Shown: positions 46,994-59,291, counted from the first letter of the whole stretch. The stretch is DNA of 63,941 nucleotides, filler included, from Neoconidiobolus thromboides FSU 785 (GCA_025603075.1; 4 parts of 4 records of this genome joined end to end with filler, not necessarily neighbours in it), one strand, 5' to 3'. Numbers and translations: made by a program. The notes: generated from the letters alone by a model not told the origin.

Positions 46994-48382
46994 TTAAATT
47001 TTTGACTCCCAAGTTCTAATTCTTTCTCCCCAGATGGTTAGTATTATTAATATAGTTATACCGATTAATTGTAAAAATCCAAACAATGAAAAGGTCCATC
47101 CATAATTTAAGTTTGATAGCATTATTGAGTTAACTGATGCTATAATACCAGCAGAAATTGTTCTTAGACAATTATTACATGCAGTTATACTTGCTGAGTA
47201 TTTTGGAAATAAGTCGATTAGATAAGTAGAAGTTCCAGAAAACACACAAGTCATACCAAATCCTACCAATAGTTGACTGAATAGGGTAGCTCCAAGTGGT
47301 AACTCAAACTCTAAAAACCAGCCTAACATAAACAAACCTACAGTGATACTAATTGCCCCGATAAACGATCCGTGAAGTCTAATCTCCGGTGGTGCGGGTT
47401 TATTAGTGATCCTACTATATCTGTTAATCAAGTAGTCTGATAACCTACCACCGAAGGTAGAGCCGATTAAATTCCCAATTCCAAGTGGGATATAAGCTAA
47501 GCCAACCTGAGATGAATTCAAGTGATAGACGGCTGTCAAAGATTTTATTTGAGAGGAAGAAATGCTATAGTATGAAGCAAAAATAATACTAGCGTATAAA
47601 ACTGTTAAAGCAACAGTCATGTGCTTTAAATAAATTAAAGGCATAAGCGGATTGAATATAGGACCTTTACGATATATCTTAAAAGGACTTAAAGTTACTC
47701 CAAAAGTAAAATTTTGTTTCCTTTCTTTTGGCAATGTTTCAGGCAAAAAGAAGGTTACAAAGATAAAAATGGCGCCTGCCAAACCAGTTAATATCCAAAA
47801 TATATAACGCCATCCTAAATATTGGTTAACAAACCCACCTATTATGGGGCCTATTACTGGTCCAATAAGAGGCCCTACTAAAAATAATCCTGTAGCAGAT
47901 CCTCGTTCACTTCTTGGGAAAATATCGCTAATTGTTCCAATTCCTATTACTACAGTAGAAGATGACCCTAATCCTTGTAGTGCCCTCATTACGATTAGAA
48001 AATTAATGTTAGGTGCTAAAGCACAGCCTACACTTGATGCAATAAAGATAGCTGTTGAAGCTATATATACACCCTTTCTACCATACATATCAGCTAACCC
48101 TCCCCACATTAAGGGGGCTATTCCCATAATAAATAAAAAGCTTGATACGGTTATATCAACTAATTCCTCTGTTGTTTGTAATTCTTGTCTAATATTCAAA
48201 AGAGCTGGAAAATAAATAGCCGAACATATGGGAGATGACATTCCAGCAATAGCAATTAATAGCAGAATAAGATATCGTTGAAATTTAGTGAAGTCATTAC
48301 TAATTTGTGGCTCTTGACTGTTTTGTTTTTCTAGCCCTTCTTCTATATTAGCAGCATTGACTTCTTTTGTTTCTATTTCCAT
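46994..48382 (-). CDS. MFS transporter, DHA1 drug:H+ antiporter family (Qdr/Dtr1-like)
   Basis: SAIYFPAL, WGGLADMYGRK motif A, GTISDIFPRSERG, LPETL, 12 TM. Confidence 0.92.
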   Translation of the reverse strand: MEIETKEVNAANIEEGLEKQNSQEPQISNDFTKFQRYLILLLIAIAGMSSPICSAIYFPALLNIRQELQTTEELVDITVSSFLFIMGIAPLMWGGLADMYGRKGVYIASTAIFIASSVGCALAPNINFLIVMRALQGLGSSSTVVIGIGTISDIFPRSERGSATGLFLVGPLIGPVIGPIIGGFVNQYLGWRYIFWILTGLAGAIFIFVTFFLPETLPKERKQNFTFGVTLSPFKIYRKGPIFNPLMPLIYLKHMTVALTVLYASIIFASYYSISSSQIKSLTAVYHLNSSQVGLAYIPLGIGNLIGSTFGGRLSDYLINRYSRITNKPAPPEIRLHGSFIGAISITVGLFMLGWFLEFELPLGATLFSQLLVGFGMTCVFSGTSTYLIDLFPKYSASITACNNCLRTISAGIIASVNSIMLSNLNYGWTFSLFGFLQLIGITILIILTIWGERIRTWESKI

Positions 48383-49011
48383 GTTTTAGGATATTCTTTA
48401 ATATTAATCAAGATACATGTTATATGTTTATATACTTTTTTTTCATTCAAGTTTTTATGAATTCATAAATTACTTTAAAATTAATTGCCATATTTATTTT
48501 TTCTAATTCATATTATCAATCTAAAAGGAAGAAATGGTTAATAATTACGTCATAAGCCTAAGAACTTTAAGATTTCGCAGAAAGGCTATTTTTCCCCGAG
48601 TGCTAAAATTTTTTTTAGCCGGAGTGGATAAATTCAAACAACAAAAAATCCAAAGGGTTCTTGATATAAATAGCTAAACTTTAATTAAAGTATTTTTAAC
48701 ACAATTTAATCTTAAAAACTTAGGCTTTTTATTAATTATTATAAATAAAACATTAAGCTTGAGAATATCGATTCATCCTGATTCTTCAATATCCCTTGAT
48801 TTATTGAGAAATAAAATAAACCATGTTTAACAGTACCAGTTAGCCTAGATATAATTTTTATATTATAAGCTTAAACCCCAAGGTTGGTTTTGTCTAGATA
48901 TCAAATGGCTGCTATTCATATCTATTATTTTTCTTATCCGGCTACTTCTGTTTCTCTCCAAAAAAAAGCTAATCAATATATGATGAATAATTAAGTGCGT
49001 TTTAATGTAGT

Positions 49012-49113
49012 ATATGGGGATGTGTTTTTTTTAAGAATTTTACTAACAATCTTTCTACTCAAATAGCGCTTAAAAAAGGGAAAAATAATGAAATAAAAAA
49101 AACATTCCCATAT
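49012..49113 (-). mobile_element. MITE family A copy (ATAT/ATAT)
   Basis: ATAT-GGGGATGTG...AATAGCGCTTAAAAAAGGGAAAA...CATTCCC-ATAT. Confidence 0.88.
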
Positions 49114-49692
49114 GTTTTTGATTTTATAAACTAAGAATACTAGTTTTAAACGCTTATTAGAATTAAGCTATAGATTTTTTTAATAATTTGAACTTAGTAG
49201 CAATATCTGAAGCTAGTAAACTGCTATCAATAAAAGTTATTCAGCTTTCTCCTTTTAGCGTTTAATTTTCAATTGTAAAAATATTGTACTAACTACTTGG
49301 GTCATGATATAAAGGGCATCAAAGCCTCCTCAAATCGATCTAAACATTTCATACAGTTTTTATCCAATAAATGCCTATAAAGGCTCAAACTTTTTGAAGA
49401 TAGTTATAAACATGAAATCAATATGGACTGTGAGCAAAGTTCTTAGTGTAATTTATGAATTATACAAAGTGTATGTTAAAGGAATCGTGTAACAATGAGA
49501 AAATATCATTAATTATTTTCTAGAAGAATAGCCAGATTATTTGATAAATTACGATATATGAAGCATTATGTAGCAAATCAATATAAATAGAATAAGTATA
49601 TGGAAGATGGAAATATATTTTATGTAAAAATTACATTTAAGCAAAAAAGTGTTAATGCAAGTCTTTACCATAATTTAAACAAATAATTAACA

Positions 49693-49717
49693 AGGGTTAG
49701 GGTTAAGATTAGGGTTA
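49693..49717 (+). repeat. Short interstitial telomere-like (TTAGGG) tract
   Basis: AGGGTT AGGGTT AAGATT AGGGTT A. Confidence 0.4.
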
Positions 49718-50603
49718 TGCATTAAAAAGTATCAAAAATGCGCACAAAATACAATTGCAATTTAGAATTGCTTTTGTAAAGGTTATAATCTAAACCAGCA
49801 ATGTTAGTAATAAATAGTATTAGGCATTCGTTATCCTAAAATGATATTTTGTTGACCTTAAAGATTATAATGTCTTTAAATCTTATCTAAAGATTGCGCT
49901 TTTTAAATAATTTAAAATATCACTGAAAGTAAAATTCAAAGTATCATATTACTTTAAAAATATTAATCTAGAGTTTGTTATAGCAATATTAATTGATAAT
50001 TCATAAGTCATGTTATTTTAGATTTTATTAGAATAAGCAGAAATATAACATTTAACTTATGTCAATGTTATTAATCCATATTTTATATCCTGTTAATCTG
50101 ATTTTTACATCTATCTGGCAAAGATAAATTAACCAAAGTTTATAAGCATATTTTAAAGGGAGCAATTTTAATGAATCTAAAATATAAAAAGATTCGAATT
50201 TGTGAAAGTGCTTGTTTAAATTTACTATAAAAGCAAAATAAGTGCCAATTTATCTTATTTGGAAGTTCAAAATTTTTGCAATAGTGTCTTGTAGGAGAAA
50301 AGAAGTACTTAATTTTAAATAATTTTGATGTTTATAGCATTGAAGGTTTTTATAGTAATATATTCATCTGCTCTTTTTTGTAAACAATTTACAACATAAA
50401 TCAACTGTATTTTTGATAGCAGTTTAATTTAGGTATTTATACTTCAAGATATTTTCATATTACAAATGTTCTCACTTGCTTTATTATTCACCAAGTACTT
50501 TATAAAAGTTATAGAATGTTTCACCTTTTGAATACAAATTTTAATAATAATACTTGTTTCAATATTATAAATCATAGAAATTTTATTATTATTTTAAGTT
50601 AAA

Positions 50604-51892
50604 TTATTCTTGTTTAGGATCGACAAATACGGAAGAAAGAACAGGGTGGCTGTCATGATCCCCAGTTGTACCAGATTTAGCTCTACGTGTATTGCTAGAT
50701 TCTTGTGCTATTTCTCTAAGTTTTTGAGCTGTAGCTTCACCAGTTTGGGCTACCAAAGAAGCAAAAGAGCCATCTTCTCTATCAAGTAGTCTAATTGGCT
50801 CATCAAATTCCATTACTTTACCGCCATCCATAACTAACACTTTATCAGAATCAATAATTGTGTTAAGACGATGAGCAATAGTAAGCACAGTTAAATCAGC
50901 AAAATTCTCACGGATAGCATTTTGGATTAAAAGGTCAGTAGCCATATCAATAGCAGCTGTGGCTTCATCTAATACTAAAATTTTGGATTTAGAAAGTACT
51001 GCACGTGCAATACAGAATAATTGACGTTGTCCTAATGAGAAATTCTTTCCGTTTTCTATGACTTCAGAATCAAGCTGGTTGGGCATTTGACGAATCTTAT
51101 CAGAAAGATGAACTGAATCTAAAGCTTTCCAAATTTCGAGATCAGTGCTTGTATTGAATGGATCTAAATTAGAACGAATAGACCCAACGAATAGAACTGG
51201 TTCTTGTGGAATAATGGCTACCTTTGTACGAAGATCTCTTAAACCAATTTTGGAAATATCAACACCATCGATAAGGATTTGTCCTTCAGCAGCTTCGACA
51301 ATTCGAAGTAATGAAATAAGTAAAGTAGATTTACCTGAACCAGTACGTCCTACAATACCAATCTTTTCACGTTCACGAATAGTAAAAGTTACATTTTTGA
51401 GAACATTAACACCAAATTTATGATATCTAAGTACTACATTCTTGAACTCAATTACTCCATTTTCTGGCCAGGTTGCACGTGGTTTTGTTTCAGCTATTTC
51501 ATGTGGTGCTTCAGCTGGAATATCTCTACCATAATATACAAGTTGTCCTACACTACCCATTTGAGATTGTACATCACCTACCATACGAATGGTCCATTGT
51601 AAGAACACTAACATCTGTAAAGCATTTGAAAGAGCTAAACCTGCATTAGAGGCAGCTTGGGCTGGATTGTTTGTATCTGAAAACATGACAAGGAACAATG
51701 CAGTAAAAAATACAATGAATGAGGATAACACATCAAGATAGAAGGCGACCCATGTTTTCATAGTTTGAAGGGCGTATAGATTTTTATGATTATCATCTAA
51801 AAGTGTAATATTAATTGAATCAAATCTGTTTTGGGCATGGTAAGCACGGATAGAAAATAAACCTTCAAGAGTAGCAGTTAAATGTGCATAAA
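50604..51892 (-). CDS. ABCC/MRP ABC transporter, C-terminal TMD2-NBD2; 5' part lost in gap
   Basis: YAHLTATLEGLFSIRAY upstream of the listed ORF, GRTGSGKS, IIPQEPVLF, NFSLGQRQL, ILVLDEATA, IAHRLNTI. Confidence 0.93.
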
Positions 51893-51992
51893 NNNNNNNN
51901 NNNNNNNNNNNNNNNNNNNNNNNNNNNNNNNNNNNNTTAATTAATTAANNNNNNNNNNNNNNNNNNNNNNNNNNNNNNNNNNNNNNNNNNNN
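51893..51992. other. Scaffold gap with TTAATTAATTAA linker; true size must be larger
   Basis: Both flanking genes diverge from the gap and lack their 5' ends; most of an ABCC gene is missing. Confidence 0.9.
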
Positions 51993-53350
51993 TCAGTTCT
52001 CATTACTATGATGTTGATCTACCTCGTTTAGATACTAATCCTGTATTCTGTGGTTATAAAGGTAGTCATATGGATATCAATAGAATCACTGCAGTTCAAT
52101 CATTAACCTTAAATGAATGTGGTGCATGTTTAAAAGTTACTGCAAAGAATGGCAAGTTTGTTTATGTCATGGCAGTAGATAAAGGTGGCTTTGGACTAGA
52201 TCTAAATAAAAAATCATTTACTCAACTATTTGGTATTAATAGTGGAAGATTTGATGCCAAATGGGAAAAAACTGAAGCTAGTCATTGTAAAGGTATTCTT
52301 AAAGGTGGAAATTATAAAACTCCTGGATTAAATGAATCTAGTAAAGGAAAGGGAAGAAAGAAGAAACTTGACGTTAATGAAATTGAAAATCACAATATTC
52401 AATCAAGTGATACTTTTACTTCTAAACAAGATATTGATTATCTTCACAATTCAGAGTATTCTGATGATGAGTTAAAAAAGTTTAGTAAACAATATAATAA
52501 AAATAAAGGAAAAAGGACAGAGACTAGAAGAGATATAGAAGATCTTGATTTTAATGCCTTTAATTATCAAGATAATAAAGAATTAGATACTACAAACAAT
52601 AATAATAATGTCAATTTTAGAAAAAAGAAACCGAAAGTAGAGGAACAAGGTAGTAAATCTAAAAAGGATGAAACCAAAAAGACTCAAAAAGAGAAACCTG
52701 ATAAGAAAGAGAGAAAGTCCCATGATAATAAAGGAACTAAACATTCAAGTCATGAAAATAATTATACTCTAATACATGGTAATGGTAAAAGTGACATTGA
52801 AACAATTTATGAATCTCAAACTCATAATGATGATAATGACAATAATGAAGATAAAGTTAATTATCGCAAAATGCAATCTTTAACTATTACCAATGATAAG
52901 AGTGGAAACGCTAGAGATGATATTGGAGATATTGCTGACATTGACTTTCGTAAAGTGAAAAATCAACCTTCTAAAAAAGTTTCAAATGATATTGATGATA
53001 TTACTAAACATACTTTCCGTAGAATGAAGCCTAATTCAGTCAGAGAAAAAGCTAAAAAAGATAACAAAAATAATGTTGAACATAAATACTATGATTATGA
53101 GAATAATAGGGGAGAAGATCTTGAACACATAAATCCTATTGATTACCGTAAAAAGAGTGATAAAGATAAATCTAAAAAAAATAGTGATAAGGACAAGAAG
53201 AAGAAAAAAACAAAAAAAGATAATAAAAAGGATGAAAAGAAAGAAAACTCTAAAAAAAAAGAACCCGAAGAAATAAAAGATAATCAAAAATTCGAATTAT
53301 CGGAATACACTAGAGGTGATGTAACGGAAATTTATTTCGGTGATGATTGA
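51993..53350 (+). CDS. Barwin/RlpA-like double-psi beta-barrel protein with long Lys/Asp-rich tail; 5' truncated
   Basis: Frame open from the gap: SSHYYDVDLPRLDTNPVFCGY...ITAVQSLTLNECGACLKVTAKNGKFVYVMAVDKGGFGLDLNKKSFTQL. Confidence 0.7.
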
Positions 53351-53846
53351 GTTTCTTAATTATAAATGTATGTTATAATTTAAAATAAATGAAATACATT
53401 TTTTTAAATTAACTTGTTTTTATTAATATATACTAATTATTGTTTTTTGTTTATTATTATTGTACTATCATTATTATTAAAATTCAAAATTAATTGAATT
53501 AATAAATTAAAGGTTGAGAAGAAGGATGAAGTAAGAGTTGAGAAAGACTTCAATTCTAGTTGATCAGCCTTTAACTTAATTAAATTATGGCTTATTCTTG
53601 GAGTTTAATACCTAAAAGGTTCTATACAAGTATGAGATAAGATAAAAGAAACACCTAATATAATAATATAGTTATTTAATAATAATTTGGTAAAATATGG
53701 TAAAAATTAATTATACTTACATTACAATGATGAAGACTTAAGAAAGGAATAAAGAATATTGAAATAAGAGAAATTAAACTAAATTAGCTGAGAAATTAAA
53801 CTAAATTAGCTGAGAGATAAACAAATTAGAAGTATATATTATAACA

Positions 53847-55287
53847 TTAATGAATTTTTGGTAATAAAGATAAATCTAATACATTTAAAAATTGTCTAAA
53901 TTGATTTGGATAATAATTTAATATAAATAAATTGGAATCAAATTCATAATTTAAATTAGGATAAATTTGATTAAATGATTTTAAAAAATACTTATTGTTT
54001 TCTTTAATTAAATTACTATTCATTTTTTTTAACTCCATATTATAAATTTGCTTATCATCCATTATATTGAGTTTAATTAACTCGCCTTCTTTTGTTAAAA
54101 AATATAATTTATTTTGATTCAAATACATTTTTTGAATTTGAATACTATTTGATTTACCAATACACATACTACCTAATATCTTTAATAATGGTTGAAAACT
54201 AATCCAAATTAATAAGTTATTATTTGTTAATATATAAATTATATCTTCTTTTAATACAACATCTACTATATTTAAATTCAATTTTTTACTTAAATTTAAA
54301 TTTAATATAATTTTATCTTTAATTAATTTAATATAATTAATATAGTAATTATTATTATTATTATTTAATATATAATTATTAGTGTTATTATTTAAATAGT
54401 TTAAATTAGGTAATAAATAAATATAACATTGATGTTGATTTGTTAATATTACGTTGAAATAATTATTACAATCCATTTTAATAATAACCTCCTTCTTATT
54501 AAATATAGGTAATATTAAATTATAGTAATAATAATAAGAAGAATTAAAATTGAAATTAAACCTTATTAAATGTAAATTATCTAACAATACTAAATTACCA
54601 TTTAAATTACTATGAAATTGATTAATTTGATGATATTTTATATCAAATTGAATGGGTATTATCATTTCTGTTAAATCTTTTAATAAATACAATTCATTCT
54701 TATTATTTTTAAATAAACAATGTTCACTTCCACAAGAATAATCTATTATTATTTGATTTTTAAATAAATGATTAATACAAACTGGTAAACTCATTTTATT
54801 TTCAACAATATTATTACTATTTATACATCCAAAATAATAATATCGATAATTATTGAACTTTATAATGGAATAATATTTACCATAATCAAATTTCAAATTG
54901 TAATTTATACAATCTAATTTATAATATTGTTTACCTAAACAATTAATTAAATAATATAAAAAACATATTATTAAAATTATTAATTATTAACTTACCTACC
55001 TCCAAGGTACCTAAACTACCAAGTTTATTTTCGCCCATTCCAATCATTTCATTTTTCCACAATAATTTGTAAATATGTAATAACTTATATTCTTTAATTC
55101 TAAATGAGTTACTATTAAACCAAGGAAAATCAATACGTATCTTTTGTTTCCAAAATAATTGAGATTTAATTATTAAATTTAATTTTTTATTATTTATATT
55201 GCTGACTTTAATAATTGTTTCCATATCTAATTTTAAAAAGATTTTGATAATCACTTTCAACGGTAGTTCGTTAATACTATACCACAT
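53847..55287 (-). CDS. F-box plus RCC1-like repeat protein (Saf1-like), spliced; 3' end may extend to ~53510
   Basis: INELPLKVIIKIFLKLD F-box, GMGENKLGSLG and IIDYSCGSEHCLF RCC1-type motifs; in-frame GT-AG intron joins ORFs 54943 and 53847. Confidence 0.6.
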
Positions 55288-55949
55288 CTTATATTGATAT
55301 TGAACTTGATTGAAATGATAATTTTATTATTGCCGCTTTTTTTTATATCCGAATGCTTATATACTTTCACTACCCCTTTTATTCCCAACTCCTTAATCCT
55401 TAGCATAAACATTAAGTCTAGATTTTTTTTAAAATCCGAAATAAATTTCCATTTATTTTGATTAACTTAGCAAATAGCCACTAAATTTTTAATTTTCAGT
55501 TAAAATTTTAAACTTCAAATATTCAAAGAAATAGTGGACTTTACGGAAGTTTTAATACTAATAAAATAAAAATTAGATAAAAATATTAAACAAATTAGAA
55601 TTAGTATACTTAAAGTTTATTATCAATTATTTATTTTAATTTTAATTTTAGTTTTAATTTTGATCTTCATTTTGATTTTTTTGTACATAATCCTTACAAT
55701 TGCTTAACTAAACACTATTATTTTTGATATCTTTAGTTGAAAATAAGCTATTAATTTTAGCTCTTTAGAAGCTTAAAGTAGACAATTTCATCAAGGAATG
55801 CTAAATCCAAGAATTTCAATTCATTATAGTTTGAAACTTTATTATTTAATAACAAATAAAAAACACCTTTATAAATAAACGCCCATATCATGGAGATAAA
55901 ATATAATCCATCTTAGCATAATAACTTATACAATGTAGTCTTTCAAAAG

Positions 55950-56876
55950 TTAAATAAAGTTATTAATAAACTTAACGAAAGCCCCTGCCTTAATAAAAAT
56001 GCCTGGATTTTTATCATCAATACATACATCTGAGGCTGCAATACCCACCAGCAAAAGTTCTCCATTTTTCAAAATGGTAATAGGAGCACCTGGTTCATAT
56101 TGACAATAATTGGAAGTACCTTGTGGATAACTAACACAAAACTGAGAAAAATTATCTAAATTTTCATGCAGTGGTCGACATTTACTCCCTCGGATAATAC
56201 TGATTTGAATTTCCCTTTGTAAATTAGAATAATTATTACCAACTCCCCACCCAATGACTGTTAATAGAAAATCACCTGCATTCGACCACCGTCCATCATC
56301 TAATTTTATTAAATTATTATTACTTTGAGGTGCATCTATCTTCCAAATCGAAATATCATACGCTTTAGTTGCTGGTACATATTCAGGATGAATATGAGTG
56401 GACTTGACTGCAAAATATTTGCTTTTTTCCTTATCTGCAGAGATATCTAAGTCATGACGTTTACCACTTACTCGCCAATCACTCAATTTACCTTTGATAC
56501 AAGAGGCGGCAGTAATTACTAAGTTGCCGGAATATAAAGTACCCGAACATATATGTTTTTGTTCATATTCTAAACTAGCAACCCAACTATAACGATATTT
56601 TGGTTTCACTTCAAGGCCAGGGAAATCAAGTGTTTTCTGAAAAGTCGAGAGCTTGCTTCTTTGAATTACATCAAACGAATTGCTATTTTCAATCTCACTA
56701 GGGAAACTAGTCCTTTCTCTAGCATCTGGTAAACTATTTTTTGCAATTGTATCATGAAAGTTTGTTTTTTCTCTTGCATCAGGTATTACTTTATATATTA
56801 CGTTGGTTTGATTTTTGACTAAATTGGTATTACAAGTGATCAAGTTTAATGATAGTAAAAAATAGAGTAACTTCAT
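55950..56876 (-). CDS. Secreted trypsin-fold (S1) protein, catalytically inactive
   Basis: ICSGTL, TAASC (His>Ser), YDISI, GWG, QYEPGAP (GDSGGP with Ser>Pro). Confidence 0.85.
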   Translation of the reverse strand: MKLLYFLLSLNLITCNTNLVKNQTNVIYKVIPDAREKTNFHDTIAKNSLPDARERTSFPSEIENSNSFDVIQRSKLSTFQKTLDFPGLEVKPKYRYSWVASLEYEQKHICSGTLYSGNLVITAASCIKGKLSDWRVSGKRHDLDISADKEKSKYFAVKSTHIHPEYVPATKAYDISIWKIDAPQSNNNLIKLDDGRWSNAGDFLLTVIGWGVGNNYSNLQREIQISIIRGSKCRPLHENLDNFSQFCVSYPQGTSNYCQYEPGAPITILKNGELLLVGIAASDVCIDDKNPGIFIKAGAFVKFINNFI

Positions 56877-57531
56877 TATTTTTTATAATTCTAGTAGTAG
56901 AATTAATTGGCAATTGATATAAAGATGAATATAAAATAGAATATAAAAGCAAAATGAAAATAAGTTAGTTTTTAGTTATGTTAATTAATGTTGTTGTTTT
57001 ATTCCTCTTGATCTCTTATTCTTCTCGAACGTTGATCTTACACTAAAATTTGTAAATTTTTAATTAATTTTTATTATTATTGGCTTGACAAATGAATCTT
57101 TTTTATTGGGAATCTAGATAACTAGATAATGCTATTGTGGCTTCATTACAGTCACTTTAGTAAGAATTTCTGGAATCAATCATTTGTTTACTTAGTTATT
57201 TTGAAGCTATAGTGTTTAGGTCTAGATATGTTTTTATTATTTATTCAAAAATGAAATCTAGCTAAGTCACAATAAAGACTCAACAGCTATCTATATAAAC
57301 AGATTTTAACACAGTAAATAAAAATAAGCATTTTAGTAGTATTTTTTATCCATTTTTTAATCAGCATAAAGTTTCAAAAAAGTACTAGTTAATATTGAAA
57401 AAACTTAAAACAGCTATAAACTAACCTATGACTATTTCCAAGGTAGCCGTCTTTTTTGGGCAAATCTAGAACGTTGAGGATGTAGAATTGCTGTAGTTGT
57501 ATTTTCAGATTTGAAAAATATTTAATATTAT

Positions 57532-57637
57532 AAATGGGGATGTATTTCTATGTCTAAGAATTCTACTAACAAATTCTCCACTTGAACAGCGCTTGAAAAA
57601 TGGAAAAAGTAATGAAGTCAAAGAAACACTCTCAAAT
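57532..57637 (-). mobile_element. MITE family A copy with AAAT/AAAT flanks
   Basis: AAAT-GGGGATGTATTTC...AGCGCTTGAAAAATGGAAAAAG...AACACTCTC-AAAT. Confidence 0.85.
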
Positions 57638-57699
57638 AATAACTTTGTATATTAAAAAGTCATAAAAAATTAATTTTAAATAAAATAATTCGTTTAAAA

Positions 57700-57785
57700 A
57701 TTTAAGAATTTTATTAACAATCTTTCCACTTAAATAGCGTTTAAAAGATGGGAAAAGTAATGAAATCAAAAAAACATCACCATAT
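57700..57785 (-). mobile_element. MITE family A, missing one end
   Basis: TTTAAGAATTTTATTAACAATCTTTCCACTTAAATAGCGTTTAAAAG...CATCACC-ATAT. Confidence 0.8.
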
Positions 57786-58423
57786 AAAAGTATAAAGTTT
57801 ATTAAATCAGTGTAAACTATATTAATTTAAAAAAAGTTTATTAAATTTTATAAAAAATAGCAAAATTTGTTTTATTTGTATTTGCTCAAAATATATAAGC
57901 AGTAATAGTTTTAATAATTGAAATTTTATATTATTATGCTATATAACTTTATGCTTTAGTTTTGGTTTTAAAATATTTATTCAGTACACATGAACTTCAA
58001 CGATTATATATTACAATTATGTATTTTAAAATATATATATACATTATATCAATGTTTAAACTACATCTGCTAATAGTAAATTTGAAGTATCAGGTATCAT
58101 AAAGGTTTAACTTAACCTTTCAAGTAGCTTTTTAATATAGTCATATTTAATAATTCACATTAAAAATATTAAACTCCATTTTAAATCTCATTCTATTAAT
58201 TAAAAGCAATGAATTATTTTTATAGTTCTATTAATACTACTCTTTTTTTTTAAATATACAATAAAACCATTTTTTGTTTATTTTTAAAAGGGAGAGATAT
58301 AAAAAAAATCAATGGTTAAAAAAAGAAAGTCAATTTAATAACTAAAGTATTAAAGAGCTAGCTTCAACTTTAAGCATTAAATAAAAACCATTATAATCTT
58401 TGTGACCAATAATAAATTAATCA

Positions 58424-59291
58424 TTAAGCTTTACTCGGTTTTGTTACTTGTTCATTTAAATTTTCATCATCTGGGCCAAACTCCCAAATCCTACGCCCTA
58501 AATCTTTTAAGTAATGAATTAACTCTTGAGTGGAATGTTCATTTTGGACACTTTTATTATTTCCTTTAGGCAAACCATTTTCTAATTGAGTTAATAGTGG
58601 CTTTAATTCTGTTTTAAAATTATTCAAATATCCCTTAATTTGTTGATTATTCGAACGTAACTCTTTGATGGATTTACTGCTAACTTGACTTTGTTGGATT
58701 GCTAAATTATTTTTTTGTTGTAACATTTTGGATGTACGGCGGGATTGATTCACTTTATTCACTAAGTCTACTAACTCATTCTCTTCCGTTCGATGCAAAT
58801 CAATAAATTGTTGTGTAAATATTGGAAACCCTAATTTGTTACTGCTATTTGGTGTATTGGCGCTATTTAACATAATATCCTCAGTAGTACCTTTTTAACA
58901 TATTTAAATTAAGTCTATTAGTTCTGAAATTTTTAAATTTACTTGTATTATTAAATAAATCTGTGAGTGAAGAATCAGGTAATGTAGACTAATATAAAAT
59001 TAATTATTTATAAATTATAGTTTAAAAATTGTTTACTGGTTCAAATCGAAGTTCATTAGTTTCAGAAGCTGATTGACTAGGCTCATCTTCTGCTAAGGTT
59101 GGTAACCCATTTTTCCTATTGCAATGTTAAATTTAAAATTTAAAATGATGTATATTGTTACTTACTTTGAAGCTTGTAATGGTTGAAGTACATTAGCTAA
59201 AGAAGATTTTCTATTCAAATTTGTTAAAATAAACCTATTTATTTATATAATTAACATTGATTTACCTTTTTCTATAAGCAGAACGTTGCAT
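58424..59291 (-). CDS. Coiled-coil protein resembling the HMG20A/B (BRAF35) C-terminal domain, multi-exon
   Basis: FPIFTQQFIDLHRTEENELVDL...TQELIHYLKDLGRRIWEFGPDDENLNEQV; four small upstream exons splice in frame from ATG 59291. Confidence 0.45.

Noticed and set aside
47844-48215. Antisense ORFs over the MFS gene; likewise 24931, 28087, 28945, 28988, 37017, 39327, 51145, 51420, 53036, 5945, 7120
   Set aside because: They overlap well-supported genes on the opposite strand or in another frame and have no recognisable motifs.
53768-53811. Perfect 22-bp tandem duplication GAGAAATTAAACTAAATTAGCT x2
   Set aside because: Two units only; ordinary slippage duplication.
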